Positions 28,884 through 37,935 of a DNA stretch of 64,000 nt are shown piece after piece. This stretch comes from Thermofilaceae archaeon. GTDB taxonomy: Archaea > Thermoproteota > Thermoprotei > Thermofilales > Thermofilaceae. The position numbers were made by a program, and so were the translations under genes. The notes beneath the pieces were generated by a model, which was not told where the DNA came from, ran no database searches, and saw only the letters and a program-made list of their open reading frames with translations. The stretch is from contig JALSNQ010000006.1 in NCBI GenBank assembly GCA_026986905.1, forward strand, positions 23,634 through 87,633, in the 5' to 3' direction. Numbering within the stretch: the stretch's first letter is position 1; every line of letters starts with the position of its first letter.

Positions 28884-30140
28884 ATGGCTGAGCTTTATCT
28901 AGCGTTCACCCCACTTGCAGCCTTTCTCCTAGAGGGGGAGAGTGTTGCAGCCCACCATAAGTGGGGTACGGAGGATCCCTCCGCGCTAGCGGAGATACTC
29001 CATAAACTTGAAGAGGGGAAACTGCCGGCTGAACTCGTAGAGTTTCTCCGCGGAGCTTTGGGGGAGGACACTGTTATCGTAGTCGAGGACGAAGATATAG
29101 CGCGTGAAATAGCGTCTACTCTGGGGTTGAAGGTTGAAATAAGGCAGGCCGACCCCGTGTACAGGCGTTTTAGGGAGAACGTGGTGGGGCTTGCGAAGGA
29201 GTATCTAGGGATTGAGCCCCCGGAGTATTACTCCAAGGTTAGAGCGGTTGCCTTAGCTCTTGCCAGAAAGAAGGTTCGCCGGGCAGCTGAGAAGAGGGAC
29301 CTATTTATAGCGCAGGCGATAAACGCGCTCGACGACATCAACAAGACGATAAACCTGTTCGCGTCGAGAGTTAGGGAATGGTACAGCCTACACTTCCCCG
29401 AGCTAAACGATATCGTTGAGGACCACGAGGTGTACCTCAAAATAGTCACGGAGATAGGGTCTAGGGATCAGATGAACGAAGAGAACCTAAAGGAGCTTGG
29501 TCTCGGCGACGAGACGGTAGAGAAGATTCTTGCGGCTGCAAAGGAGAGCATGGGTGCGGATATCACGGACTTCGACCTCGAGGCGATTAGACAGGTGTCC
29601 AGAATAGGCCTAGAGCTATACCAGGCCCGCCGCAACCTCGAAAAATACATAGACGAGGCCATGCTCGAGGTCGCGCCCAACGTCAGGGGGCTCGTCGGCC
29701 CCCTGCTAGGCGCCAGGCTGATCGCGTTAGCGGGCGGTATTAAGAAGCTCGCAATGATGCCTGCAAGTACGATACAGGTGCTCGGCGCGGAAAAAGCTCT
29801 TTTCAGGTTCCTCAAATATGGCACGAGGCCGCCGAAGCACGGCGTCATATTCCAGTACCCGGCTATCTATAGGTCCCCCAAGTGGCAGCGCGGCAAGATA
29901 GCTAGGGCGTTGGCCGCTAAGCTCGCGATAGCCGCGAGGATAGACGCGTTCAGCGGCGAGTATAAGGCTGACGTGTTGAAAGAAGAGCTTGAAAAGAGGA
30001 TCGAGGAGATAAAGAAGACGTATGCAAAGCCCCCAGTGAGGAAGAAGGCGGAGGCTAGGGAAGCTAGGCCGCCCAGGAGGGAGAAGAGGAAGGGTGGCAA
30101 GAAAAAGAAGAAGTTTAGAGGTAGGGGTAGGAGGAGGTGA
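28884..30140 (+). CDS. nop5: C/D box RNP protein Nop5 (Nop56/58)
   Basis: REWYSLHFPEL, PASTIQVLGAEKALF, PKHGVIFQ, basic tail. Confidence 0.95.
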   Translation: MAELYLAFTPLAAFLLEGESVAAHHKWGTEDPSALAEILHKLEEGKLPAELVEFLRGALGEDTVIVVEDEDIAREIASTLGLKVEIRQADPVYRRFRENVVGLAKEYLGIEPPEYYSKVRAVALALARKKVRRAAEKRDLFIAQAINALDDINKTINLFASRVREWYSLHFPELNDIVEDHEVYLKIVTEIGSRDQMNEENLKELGLGDETVEKILAAAKESMGADITDFDLEAIRQVSRIGLELYQARRNLEKYIDEAMLEVAPNVRGLVGPLLGARLIALAGGIKKLAMMPASTIQVLGAEKALFRFLKYGTRPPKHGVIFQYPAIYRSPKWQRGKIARALAAKLAIAARIDAFSGEYKADVLKEELEKRIEEIKKTYAKPPVRKKAEAREARPPRREKRKGGKKKKKFRGRGRRR

Positions 30141-30146
30141 AAGGTC

Positions 30147-30848
30147 ATGATAAGGGCTACCGGGTATAAACCCCACGAAAAGTTCGAGGGAGTCTACTGG
30201 GTTGAATTCGAGGATGGGAGTGAGAAGCTGGCCACTGTGAACATGGTTCCAGGTATTAGGGTTTACGGGGAACTCCTAGTTAGGATGGGGGATAAGGAGT
30301 TTAGAATATGGAATCCTTATAGGAGTAAGCTTGCCGGCGCCATCCTTAAGGGTCTCCAAGTGAACCCCATCCGGCCCGGGGTAAAGGTGCTCTACTTGGG
30401 CGTGGCGAGCGGCACCACGCCTAGTCACGTGTCGGACATTATTGGCCCGAAGGGCCTGCTCTACGGCGACGAGTTCGCCCCAAGAGTGATGAGAGAGTTC
30501 ATCGAGAAAGTCGCGGTGCATAGAAGCAATGTTATCCCTATACTTGCGGACGCCCGTTTTCCATCAAAGTATGCTCCGCTCCTCGAGACGGTCGATGTGG
30601 TGTACGCTGACATTGCGCAGCCTTTTCAGAGCAAGATTGTGGCCGACAACGCGGACATGTTCTTGAAGAAGGGTGGATGGATAATGTTCGCCATAAAAGC
30701 CATGAGCATAGATGTGACCGCCGAGCCCTCCGAGACCTTCAGGAGGGAGATAGAACACTTAGAGGAGCGTGGATACAGCGTCGAGGACAAGGTTCATTTA
30801 GAACCCTACGATATAGCCCATGCGTTTATAGTCGCCCAGAAGAAGTGA
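30147..30848 (+). CDS. flpA: Fibrillarin-like 2'-O-methyltransferase
   Basis: [30 protein letters not shown]. Confidence 0.96.
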   Translation: MIRATGYKPHEKFEGVYWVEFEDGSEKLATVNMVPGIRVYGELLVRMGDKEFRIWNPYRSKLAGAILKGLQVNPIRPGVKVLYLGVASGTTPSHVSDIIGPKGLLYGDEFAPRVMREFIEKVAVHRSNVIPILADARFPSKYAPLLETVDVVYADIAQPFQSKIVADNADMFLKKGGWIMFAIKAMSIDVTAEPSETFRREIEHLEERGYSVEDKVHLEPYDIAHAFIVAQKK

Positions 30849-30887
30849 GAAACTCTTTTATATTTTCCGTAACTCCCTTCACATGTA

Positions 30888-31805
30888 ATGGTGCCCCCCA
30901 CTGTGCGCCGCGTCTTCGCCAGGCTTAGGAGGCTTGAGCTACACGGTAGCCAGTACTGTTTCGACGAGATTATAAGGGATAGGGACAGGATAATCGTCGC
31001 AAAGAACCTAGACGATGTAAAAGACCTCACCCCCAAGGTCGCGGAGGGGCTAAGGGGGTTTAGCGATTTCGTTAAAGGCGTGCCTATCATCGTCTCCAGG
31101 GAAGAGGGGGGTGAAAGACTCGAAGACAACATTATATATACCAGGTACAGGCTACCCGTGGTTACGCCGCAAACCCTTGAGAAGATCCTTAACGGCTCCG
31201 AGGAGCCACTAATCTATGTCTCGAAGGGCGGCGTATACGTTAAATTGCGGGGAGAGGAACTGAGGCGGGCTCGAGAGGAGAAAGGTATGTCGAGGGGCGA
31301 GCTTGCACGCGCGCTAGGCGTGACTAGGAGGACCATCCTCTATTACGAGAAGGGGTTGAGCGACGCTTCAATACAGGTCGCGGCCAAAATGGAGGAATAC
31401 GTGGGGAGCCGCGTTTTTGCTAGGCTAAGCTTAGAGGAAGTTGAGACGCTTATAGAGGAAACCGGTAGGCGTAGGAGCGGCACACGCCTCTCCGTCCGCG
31501 ACGAGGCCATAGGCAAGGTGCTAAGCATTCTTTCCCGCATGGGCTTCAGAGAATACCTTTTCTCCAGGTCGCCGTTCGACGCTGGGGCTAAGAAGGAGTC
31601 CGTGGAAGAGCCTAGGTTGCTTATAGGCAAGGAAAAGGTTGCTGAGGAACCTGTGGAGGAGATATTGGATGTCACGGAGTCCCGGGCTATACTATTGTCT
31701 GAGGGGAGCGGCGTCAAAGAAGGAGGGAGAGTCCTCATTTTGCCGAAGGAGAAGGTTGAAGAAATAAAGAGGCATGTCGGCTTTCTAGTGGGAGAGGAGA
31801 ACTAG
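30888..31805 (+). CDS. Archaeal XRE/Cro-HTH transcriptional regulator
   Basis: GGVYVKL.G..LRRAREEKGMSRGELARALGVTRRTI..YE, SPFDA. Confidence 0.85.
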   Translation: MVPPTVRRVFARLRRLELHGSQYCFDEIIRDRDRIIVAKNLDDVKDLTPKVAEGLRGFSDFVKGVPIIVSREEGGERLEDNIIYTRYRLPVVTPQTLEKILNGSEEPLIYVSKGGVYVKLRGEELRRAREEKGMSRGELARALGVTRRTILYYEKGLSDASIQVAAKMEEYVGSRVFARLSLEEVETLIEETGRRRSGTRLSVRDEAIGKVLSILSRMGFREYLFSRSPFDAGAKKESVEEPRLLIGKEKVAEEPVEEILDVTESRAILLSEGSGVKEGGRVLILPKEKVEEIKRHVGFLVGEEN

Positions 31806-31807
31806 GG

Positions 31808-33007
31808 GTGGGCGTCGCAGAGGATTCATCTCTGTTTAAAATAGTGAAAGAGGGTAAGGCTCTGCTTAAGGTCCCCAACCCAGATAGGTTCCGTGACAAG
31901 CGTGGATTCTATGACCCAGCGTGGGCGCCTGTATTCTACAATCCCCGCATGAGAGTGTCTAGAGACCTGGGGTCGGTTATTGTCGGGGTCTATGGCGGAC
32001 GCAGAGGTGATGTGAGGATTCTCGACGCATTGGCGGCGAGCGGCGCGCGGGGTATAAGGTACGCGGTTGAAAATAGAGGCCTCGTGTCTAAGCTTTTGTT
32101 AAATGATATTAATCCACTAGCCGCTAGGATAGCTAGGGAAAACATACGCTTAAACCGACTCGAAGGAGTCGCGGATGTGGCCTCGGAGGACGCAGCTGTG
32201 CTCATGCTACGTGAAAGAGGATTCGATTTTTTGGAGATAGATCCCTTCGGTAGCCCCGCCCCCTTCACAGATCCAGCCCTCAGGTCAGTATCTCATAGGG
32301 GCATGGCGTGTTTCACGGCAACGGATATGCCCCCGCTTCTAGGGAAATACCCCAAGACCAGTCTGAGGAAGTATTTTTCCTGGAGCCTAAGGACAGAGTT
32401 CTCGAGGGAGCTGGGGACAAGGATCCTCCTCTACTTTATAGCTAGGGAGGCTGCAAAACTCGGCAGGAGGGCAATACCCCTCTACGCGCACTCAACCGAC
32501 CACTATATACGTGTATGCGTTAAAGTCGAGAAGACGAAGAGCGGCAGCGGAGGACTGCCGGGAAACATAGGGTATCTCTGGTATTGCCGTAAGAGCCTCC
32601 ACAGAGGAGTTATCGAGGGAATCGTGCCGCGCGTGCCTACAAGCTGCCCTTCCGGTGGCGGCAAAGTGGAGATCGCCGGGCCCCTATGGATAGGGCCGCT
32701 ATGGGATGGGGAATTTGCAGAGGCCGTATACTCACTTTACATGGAAAGGATGGGTGAAGGGTATCTTTCGAGGAAGGGCCTAAAGATTGCTGAGCTGATT
32801 AAAGGCGAGGTGAATGCGCCCCCGTTCTTCTACACGACGGAGGCGTTGGCATCGAGGTATAGCCTTAGGAGTGAACCTTCGCCTCACGCCGTCGTTGAAT
32901 CTCTCTCCGAGGCTGGGGTGAAGGCTAGTTTAACCCACTTTGATCCGAAGGGTTTTAGAACGAACCTTCCTCCCGAGGAAATAATCAGGTTAATAGATGG
33001 TGGGTAA
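31808..33007 (+). CDS. trm1: tRNA (guanine26-N2)-dimethyltransferase Trm1
   Basis: PVFYNPRM..SRD, SGARGIRY, IDPFGSP, TATD, GPLWIGPL. Confidence 0.95.
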   Translation: MGVAEDSSLFKIVKEGKALLKVPNPDRFRDKRGFYDPAWAPVFYNPRMRVSRDLGSVIVGVYGGRRGDVRILDALAASGARGIRYAVENRGLVSKLLLNDINPLAARIARENIRLNRLEGVADVASEDAAVLMLRERGFDFLEIDPFGSPAPFTDPALRSVSHRGMACFTATDMPPLLGKYPKTSLRKYFSWSLRTEFSRELGTRILLYFIAREAAKLGRRAIPLYAHSTDHYIRVCVKVEKTKSGSGGLPGNIGYLWYCRKSLHRGVIEGIVPRVPTSCPSGGGKVEIAGPLWIGPLWDGEFAEAVYSLYMERMGEGYLSRKGLKIAELIKGEVNAPPFFYTTEALASRYSLRSEPSPHAVVESLSEAGVKASLTHFDPKGFRTNLPPEEIIRLIDGG

Positions 33008-33028
33008 AAACGGCGTAGAGAATAGTTG

Positions 33029-34861
33029 TCAGGGGAATTCTATCTCCTTCGAAAAGCCCAGTTTAAACTTCAGTAACTGCTGGAGGAACCTCTTCTCGTT
33101 CTCGCTGAGCTCGCCCGAGAATTTTTCCAGGTAAGTGTTAATTTCCTCGACCGGGACATCGCTGTAAAGGTAGTCCCCCTCCTTCACCTGCCTACCCACC
33201 ATGGCCTTGCTCCTAATCGAAACAGCCACTTCAGCCCCCTCCTCGGCGTACTCTACAGGCTGCTCGTGCTCCTGTATCTGCATGACTTCTCCTATCCTTC
33301 TCCCAGTCCTCGTGATAAGTGGAACCCCTCCCCTAAGCCTGCCGGCTATCACGCGTATACCGACAATTATGGGGTCTCTCCTCCTAAACACGTAGCCTGG
33401 CAATACCTGAATCACCACGGGCGGGGTCATCTTCTCCATTATGCGGCGGCGCTCCAGCTCCTTTTGCTCCTTATACCATTGGAGGTAGTCTTCCACCAGC
33501 CTGTAGATTATTCTCTCGTGGAAAATCGGTATGCCGCTCGCCTTTGCCTCCTCGCGCGCGTTCGGCGTCGCCTTCACGTTAAACGCAAGTATAGCGGCGA
33601 GCTTGGGATCCACGTTTTTCACCAGCTGTGCCTCGACGACGTCTCTCCTAACCACAGGGCCTACATCGGCCTTTCTAACCGGGACATCGTGCCTCTTCAA
33701 ATAATCCACTAGGGCCTCCAACGTGCCAAGGGTATCCGCTTTTACAACCACACCTGCGATATCCCTCTGTACCCTTAACCCCTCGACCTCCTCCCTTGCC
33801 AAGCGGAGGTATCTATCAATTTCCGCCTCGTCCTCCACGACGTATATAGGGGCGCCGGCGACGCTCTTCTCGAGCCCCTCTGCCACCAGCTTGATGCCAG
33901 CAGCAGCTCTAATCTCCTCTACAGCCATAAACCTGTCTTCCGGCGACCTCATTTCGTCGAGGGGCTTCGGCATCAAGATGTACTTAACCCTTGTAACGAA
34001 GGGTTCCTCGAGGCCGCCTACAACTATCGTGTCACCCCTCCTGATAACTCCCTCATAAAGTATAGCCGCGGCGGTCATTCCAAGGCCAGGGTCCTCGCGT
34101 AGCTCAAGTATAACGGCTTTCCCAGGCCCCTCCTTCACTTTAAGCCTGTTTATAAGATACCTTTGCGCTAAGCCGGCGAGGACCAGCAGCAGGTCAGGTA
34201 CCCCCTCCCCCGTGACGGCGCTTATAGGTATTAGAGCGACCACCTTCGTGAAGTCCCTTATCCTATCGTACCTGTCCGCCCTAAACCCCTGCGTCCTAAA
34301 CTGGTTTATAATATACGCGAGCAGCTCCTCCAGCCTCGCTTGAACCTCCGGGCGTTGTTTTTTGTAGGAAAAAACAAAGGGCTCCCCGGGGTGGGGCTCC
34401 CAGCCAGGTATCCTATCGATTTTATTTACAGCGACTATGAAGGGAACCCTCCTGGCCTTCAGTATCTCCAACGCCTCATATGTCTGGTTTTCAAACCCCT
34501 TCAACGCGTCGACTAGAAGTATCGCGATATCCGCTATGCTCCCGCCACGCCTTCTTAGATTAGAAAAAGCCTCATGGCCGGGCGTGTCTATCACGAGGAA
34601 ACCGGGTATACGTATGTTAACCTTTATCTTTGAAGCCAGGGGGCCGGCGAGCTCCTCTAATGCACTCCAGGGTAGAAAGGACGCACCTATGTGCTGCGTG
34701 ATGGTGCCGGGCTCCCTCTTGGCTACGGCTGTCCCCCTGATCCTGTCTAAGAGGGTGGTTTTCCCGACATTAACGTGTCCTAGAACGGTCACTATCGGAG
34801 CCCGTATATATACACGGCTTTCCTCAAAGTCTTTCCCGCTTTTCCTAGGCCTCTTACCCAC
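33029..34861 (-). CDS. infB: Translation initiation factor aIF-5B (IF-2)
   Basis: LGHVNVGKTT, ITQHIGA, DTPGHEAF, NKID, KADTLGTLEAL. Confidence 0.96.
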   Translation of the reverse strand: MGKRPRKSGKDFEESRVYIRAPIVTVLGHVNVGKTTLLDRIRGTAVAKREPGTITQHIGASFLPWSALEELAGPLASKIKVNIRIPGFLVIDTPGHEAFSNLRRRGGSIADIAILLVDALKGFENQTYEALEILKARRVPFIVAVNKIDRIPGWEPHPGEPFVFSYKKQRPEVQARLEELLAYIINQFRTQGFRADRYDRIRDFTKVVALIPISAVTGEGVPDLLLVLAGLAQRYLINRLKVKEGPGKAVILELREDPGLGMTAAAILYEGVIRRGDTIVVGGLEEPFVTRVKYILMPKPLDEMRSPEDRFMAVEEIRAAAGIKLVAEGLEKSVAGAPIYVVEDEAEIDRYLRLAREEVEGLRVQRDIAGVVVKADTLGTLEALVDYLKRHDVPVRKADVGPVVRRDVVEAQLVKNVDPKLAAILAFNVKATPNAREEAKASGIPIFHERIIYRLVEDYLQWYKEQKELERRRIMEKMTPPVVIQVLPGYVFRRRDPIIVGIRVIAGRLRGGVPLITRTGRRIGEVMQIQEHEQPVEYAEEGAEVAVSIRSKAMVGRQVKEGDYLYSDVPVEEINTYLEKFSGELSENEKRFLQQLLKFKLGFSKEIEFP

Positions 34862-34914
34862 TACACAGCCCCCATTAGAAAGGAAGAATATACGTAAAAA
34901 TCTATGTAACCGGG

Positions 34915-35097
34915 CTAGCGCCTCCCATAGAGCGCGGTCCACTTAAGCTTCCTGGGGTCGCGCCTATACTTTATAGCGCTCTTAAAACACTTTGAGGAAC
35001 AAAACCTCAGGACTGTGCCATCCGTTCTCACATACATTAGCCCTGTTCCCGGCTTTATGGGCTTTCCACAGAAGGCGCACTTGTAGAGCCTAGGCAC
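34915..35097 (-). CDS. rpl24e: 50S ribosomal protein L24e
   Basis: CAFCG..I.PGTG.MYV..DG....FCSSKC, PRKLKWT. Confidence 0.95.
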   Translation of the reverse strand: MPRLYKCAFCGKPIKPGTGLMYVRTDGTVLRFCSSKCFKSAIKYRRDPRKLKWTALYGRR

Positions 35098-35161
35098 ACT
35101 ATACCACCTCCTCACACAATCGCCTAGTAGAATATATATTGTTTTTCCGACCATAAAACCA

Positions 35162-35230
35162 GGCGGGCCGTGAAGAAGCTGACCTGCACCGAGGAAACTA
35201 TGCGGGGAATGCACCTCCCCTGAGCCCGTC
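35162..35230 (+). ncRNA. Box C/D guide sRNA
   Basis: Terminal stem ggcgggc/gcccgtc, box C GTGAAGA, D' CCGA, D CTGA; C' box degenerate. Confidence 0.75.
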
Positions 35231-35248
35231 ACATTTTCTCAAAAAGAT

Positions 35249-36487
35249 TTAAACGGCTTTTACGTCCTCGAAGGAAGCTATCTTTAGCTCCGCGGGTTTC
35301 CGTACTATGTCGCCTACGCGCGCCCCTATAATCATCTTCACGCCCTTATTGTACGCCAGGTCTACTAGCCTCTGCGTAACTATGCCGTCAAACACGACGT
35401 AGCTCACACCGTCCACTTCCTGCAGCCGCGAGGTAAGATCCCTCACTGGGAGCCTCTCCATCTCCCTCCACTCGTCATCGTACAGTATGGCCTCAAGCGT
35501 CCCCCTAAGCTCCTCTACGGCCTTGGCTACATGAGCGGGGACTTCAACCGCCTCTGCGGCCCCCGCCGAGCCACTGTTCTCGCTCTGGACTACCTTCTCC
35601 GGCGCAACTACTACCTGCATTTTCGCCTCCTTCCCGCCTCTCCTCTCCTGCCTCTCCTTTTCCAGCAGTTTCACGTACTCCTCTACTGGGATCTTGTTTT
35701 GGAGGGCTTTTGCGATCTCCTTACCCGTGAGCTCTTCCACTTCCCTGCCGGGAGGCGCTCTAGCCACGAAGTCTATGTCGGCGACGTTTAACAGGTTCCT
35801 GGCTATGAGTTCGCCCCCACGGTCCCCGTCTATGAAGAGTATGGTCTTCTTCTTCTTTGAAAGCTCGACTATGCTCTTTGGAATAGACGCTCCGCCGAGC
35901 GCGACAACGTTCCTGTAGCCGTGTTTTAGGAGGTTGAGCACGTCCGCCCGTCCCTCCACTATTATCACTGTGTCAGAGCTCTCCACATCAGGCCCGGCGG
36001 GGAGCTTCTCCGGGCCATAGGAGGTTATCTCCCCCTTCCTTATCTTCTCGAGGACCTCGTCTAAGAGCTCTTTCGTCTCAGGCACTGCCTGGTCGAGCAT
36101 TCTCAGGAGTTCTACAGCTCTTTCAACGATTTTCCGCCTCTTCTCGGCTCTCACGTCCACGAGACCCGTTATGGTAGTCTTCGCCGAGTAAGGCCCCACG
36201 CGGTCGACGCTCTCTATAGCCGCCGCGATGAGCGCGGTCTCGACCTTATCTAGGTTCGAGGGTATCTCTATCTCGGCGATAGTCTTCCCGTTGCTTTTCT
36301 TGGTCTTCACCTCTATCCTGCCAAGGCGCCCCATCTTCTGCAGCTCTCTCAGGTCTAGCTCCTCGCCGAGCAGCCCCTCTGTCTGACCGAAGATAGCGCC
36401 TATTATATCGTGTTTTTCGACAAGCCCTGATACCTCCATCCTAGCCTTTATCACGTATTTTACCGATACCGGTGCTCCACCCATCAC
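35249..36487 (-). CDS. dnaG: Archaeal DnaG (TOPRIM, exosome-associated)
   Basis: GAIFGQTEGLLG, VEGRADV, DGDRGG, FDGIVTQRL. Confidence 0.95.
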   Translation of the reverse strand: MMGGAPVSVKYVIKARMEVSGLVEKHDIIGAIFGQTEGLLGEELDLRELQKMGRLGRIEVKTKKSNGKTIAEIEIPSNLDKVETALIAAAIESVDRVGPYSAKTTITGLVDVRAEKRRKIVERAVELLRMLDQAVPETKELLDEVLEKIRKGEITSYGPEKLPAGPDVESSDTVIIVEGRADVLNLLKHGYRNVVALGGASIPKSIVELSKKKKTILFIDGDRGGELIARNLLNVADIDFVARAPPGREVEELTGKEIAKALQNKIPVEEYVKLLEKERQERRGGKEAKMQVVVAPEKVVQSENSGSAGAAEAVEVPAHVAKAVEELRGTLEAILYDDEWREMERLPVRDLTSRLQEVDGVSYVVFDGIVTQRLVDLAYNKGVKMIIGARVGDIVRKPAELKIASFEDVKAV

Positions 36488-36542
36488 CTAACACCTTTCC
36501 ACCTCTATCAGACGTGAATAGGTAAGCGTCATGCGCCCACCC

Positions 36543-36645
36543 GGGGCGCGCTGTCGCCGCTCGTCAACACGCCATTTCACCGCTGTGACGGTACATCGCC
36601 TTTCCGCTCAACGGCGCTCTCTGCGAGCGGCCCGCGCGCGCCCCC
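36543..36645 (-). ncRNA. H/ACA-like guide sRNA with K-turn
   Basis: Lower stem gccgctcg/cgagcggc, pocket cagagag/tgttga, upper stem cgccgtt/aatggcg, K-turn ttGAgc/gcGGTGAa, ACA 15 nt after the upper stem. Confidence 0.7.
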
Positions 36646-36698
36646 TCACCACTACAATAATAATTGGAATAAAAAGCATTCCCTAAAGGAGGATTAGC

Positions 36699-36806
36699 TG
36701 GTGCGGGGGCCGGGATTCGAACCCGGGCAGGCCATCGCCAGCGGAGCCTGAGTCCGCCCCCTTTGGCCAGGCTACCTGCCTTTTGACCTAGCTCGGGCAC
36801 CCCCGC
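36699..36806 (-). tRNA. tRNA-Leu(CAG) with a 20-nt D-loop intron (36763-36782)
   Basis: BHB ggtc-aa^a...ggcc-aa^a; removal gives GCCCGAGCUAGGUCAAAGGGG; anticodon ct CAG gc; long variable arm; CCA. Confidence 0.92.
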
Positions 36807-36871
36807 GCCGTTTTATATTTGTGTTTCGCCGACTTAAATCTTAGCTGCGCCTGCGCCGGGGCTAGCGTTCA

Positions 36872-37159
36872 CTAGCCTGTGGCGGTAGTCTCGCCGCCCT
36901 CTATCTTCTTTATATACTCTTCCTCCTCGGTGAGGTTTATCTCCTGTCTCATGGCTAACTGCTGCTCTACCCTTTTACGCTGCTTGACGAGTCTCGTGAT
37001 GTAGCCTGCTATCCTGTTTCTAAGCCTCTTAGAGGGTATCTCCGCTACCTCCATGAGTACCTGCTTGTTTTCCTCGAAATTTGTTGTAAACTTGTTGGGA
37101 AACTTCTCGAGCATCTCCTTGGCTGTCCTCTTAACGACCTTGGTTCTCACTTTACCCAT
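36872..37159 (-). CDS. rps17e: 30S ribosomal protein S17e
   Basis: [23 protein letters not shown]. Confidence 0.96.
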   Translation of the reverse strand: MGKVRTKVVKRTAKEMLEKFPNKFTTNFEENKQVLMEVAEIPSKRLRNRIAGYITRLVKQRKRVEQQLAMRQEINLTEEEEYIKKIEGGETTATG

Positions 37160-37289
37160 TCTCTCCCCCCGCCTTTTTCCACGCGGCCTCTATAAATATT
37201 GCCCCGGCGGCGCGCCGCCTTCTCGCGCGGTGAAAGAGATATAGTAAGGTTAATACCGCCGGTTCGGAAAATATTTTATCGTGGTAGAA

Positions 37290-37532
37290 ATGGCGCAGAA
37301 GAGCGAGAAGGGCGAAATACCCCTCGCGCCTATAGACAGGATTATACACCAGGAGGGGGGTGAAAGGGTCAGCGTGGAGGCGGCCCAGCTTTTACGCGAC
37401 TACCTAGAGGAGTTAGGCAGGCGGCTGGCTAGAAACGCTGTGGAGCTCGCAAATCATGCTGGGCGGAAAACAGTTACTAGGGAAGACATGGAGCTTGCCA
37501 TAAAACTTTACGAGCGATACTTTACGCACTAG
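37290..37532 (+). CDS. Archaeal histone
   Basis: EIPLAPIDRII...GERVS..A, HAGRKTV..ED histone fold. Confidence 0.93.
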   Translation: MAQKSEKGEIPLAPIDRIIHQEGGERVSVEAAQLLRDYLEELGRRLARNAVELANHAGRKTVTREDMELAIKLYERYFTH

Positions 37533-37602
37533 GGTCTCTCGGATCCAGGTTTCAGGTTTTCAACGGTCACCGTTATAACTGTGGCTTAACCCCCTTTCTC
37601 TG

Positions 37603-37857
37603 GTGAAGGGCATGGTTGATGTAAAACTCGTGGAGAAGAAGATAAAGTCCATGTTTAAGGATGCGGACTATGAAGTAGAGGAGACGGATAAGGGGCTAAA
37701 GGTCGTGCTAGAGGGTCTCGGCGAGGATCCGGCAGAGCTTTTCGGCAAGATAGGAGACCTTGTCTCAGGGCTGAACAAGTTGACGAAGACTAAGAACGCC
37801 GACATAGTGGCTTCTCTCCAGGGAATGGCGTACGGGGTTGAAATCGAGGTTTATTAG
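37603..37857 (+). CDS. Hypothetical protein
   Basis: 84-aa ORF with plausible composition. Confidence 0.6.
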   Translation: MKGMVDVKLVEKKIKSMFKDADYEVEETDKGLKVVLEGLGEDPAELFGKIGDLVSGLNKLTKTKNADIVASLQGMAYGVEIEVY

Positions 37858-37917
37858 GGGGTCAGGCCGGATTCGAGGCATCACCTGGCTCAGTGGGGAG
37901 CGGACCTCTTCATCCCC
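37858..37917 (-). ncRNA. Box C/D guide sRNA
   Basis: gggg-ATGAAGA-ggtccgctcccca-CTGA-gcca-gGTGATGC-ctcgaatccggc-CTGA-cccc. Confidence 0.85.
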
Positions 37918-37935
37918 TCATCTGATTACCCCGCA

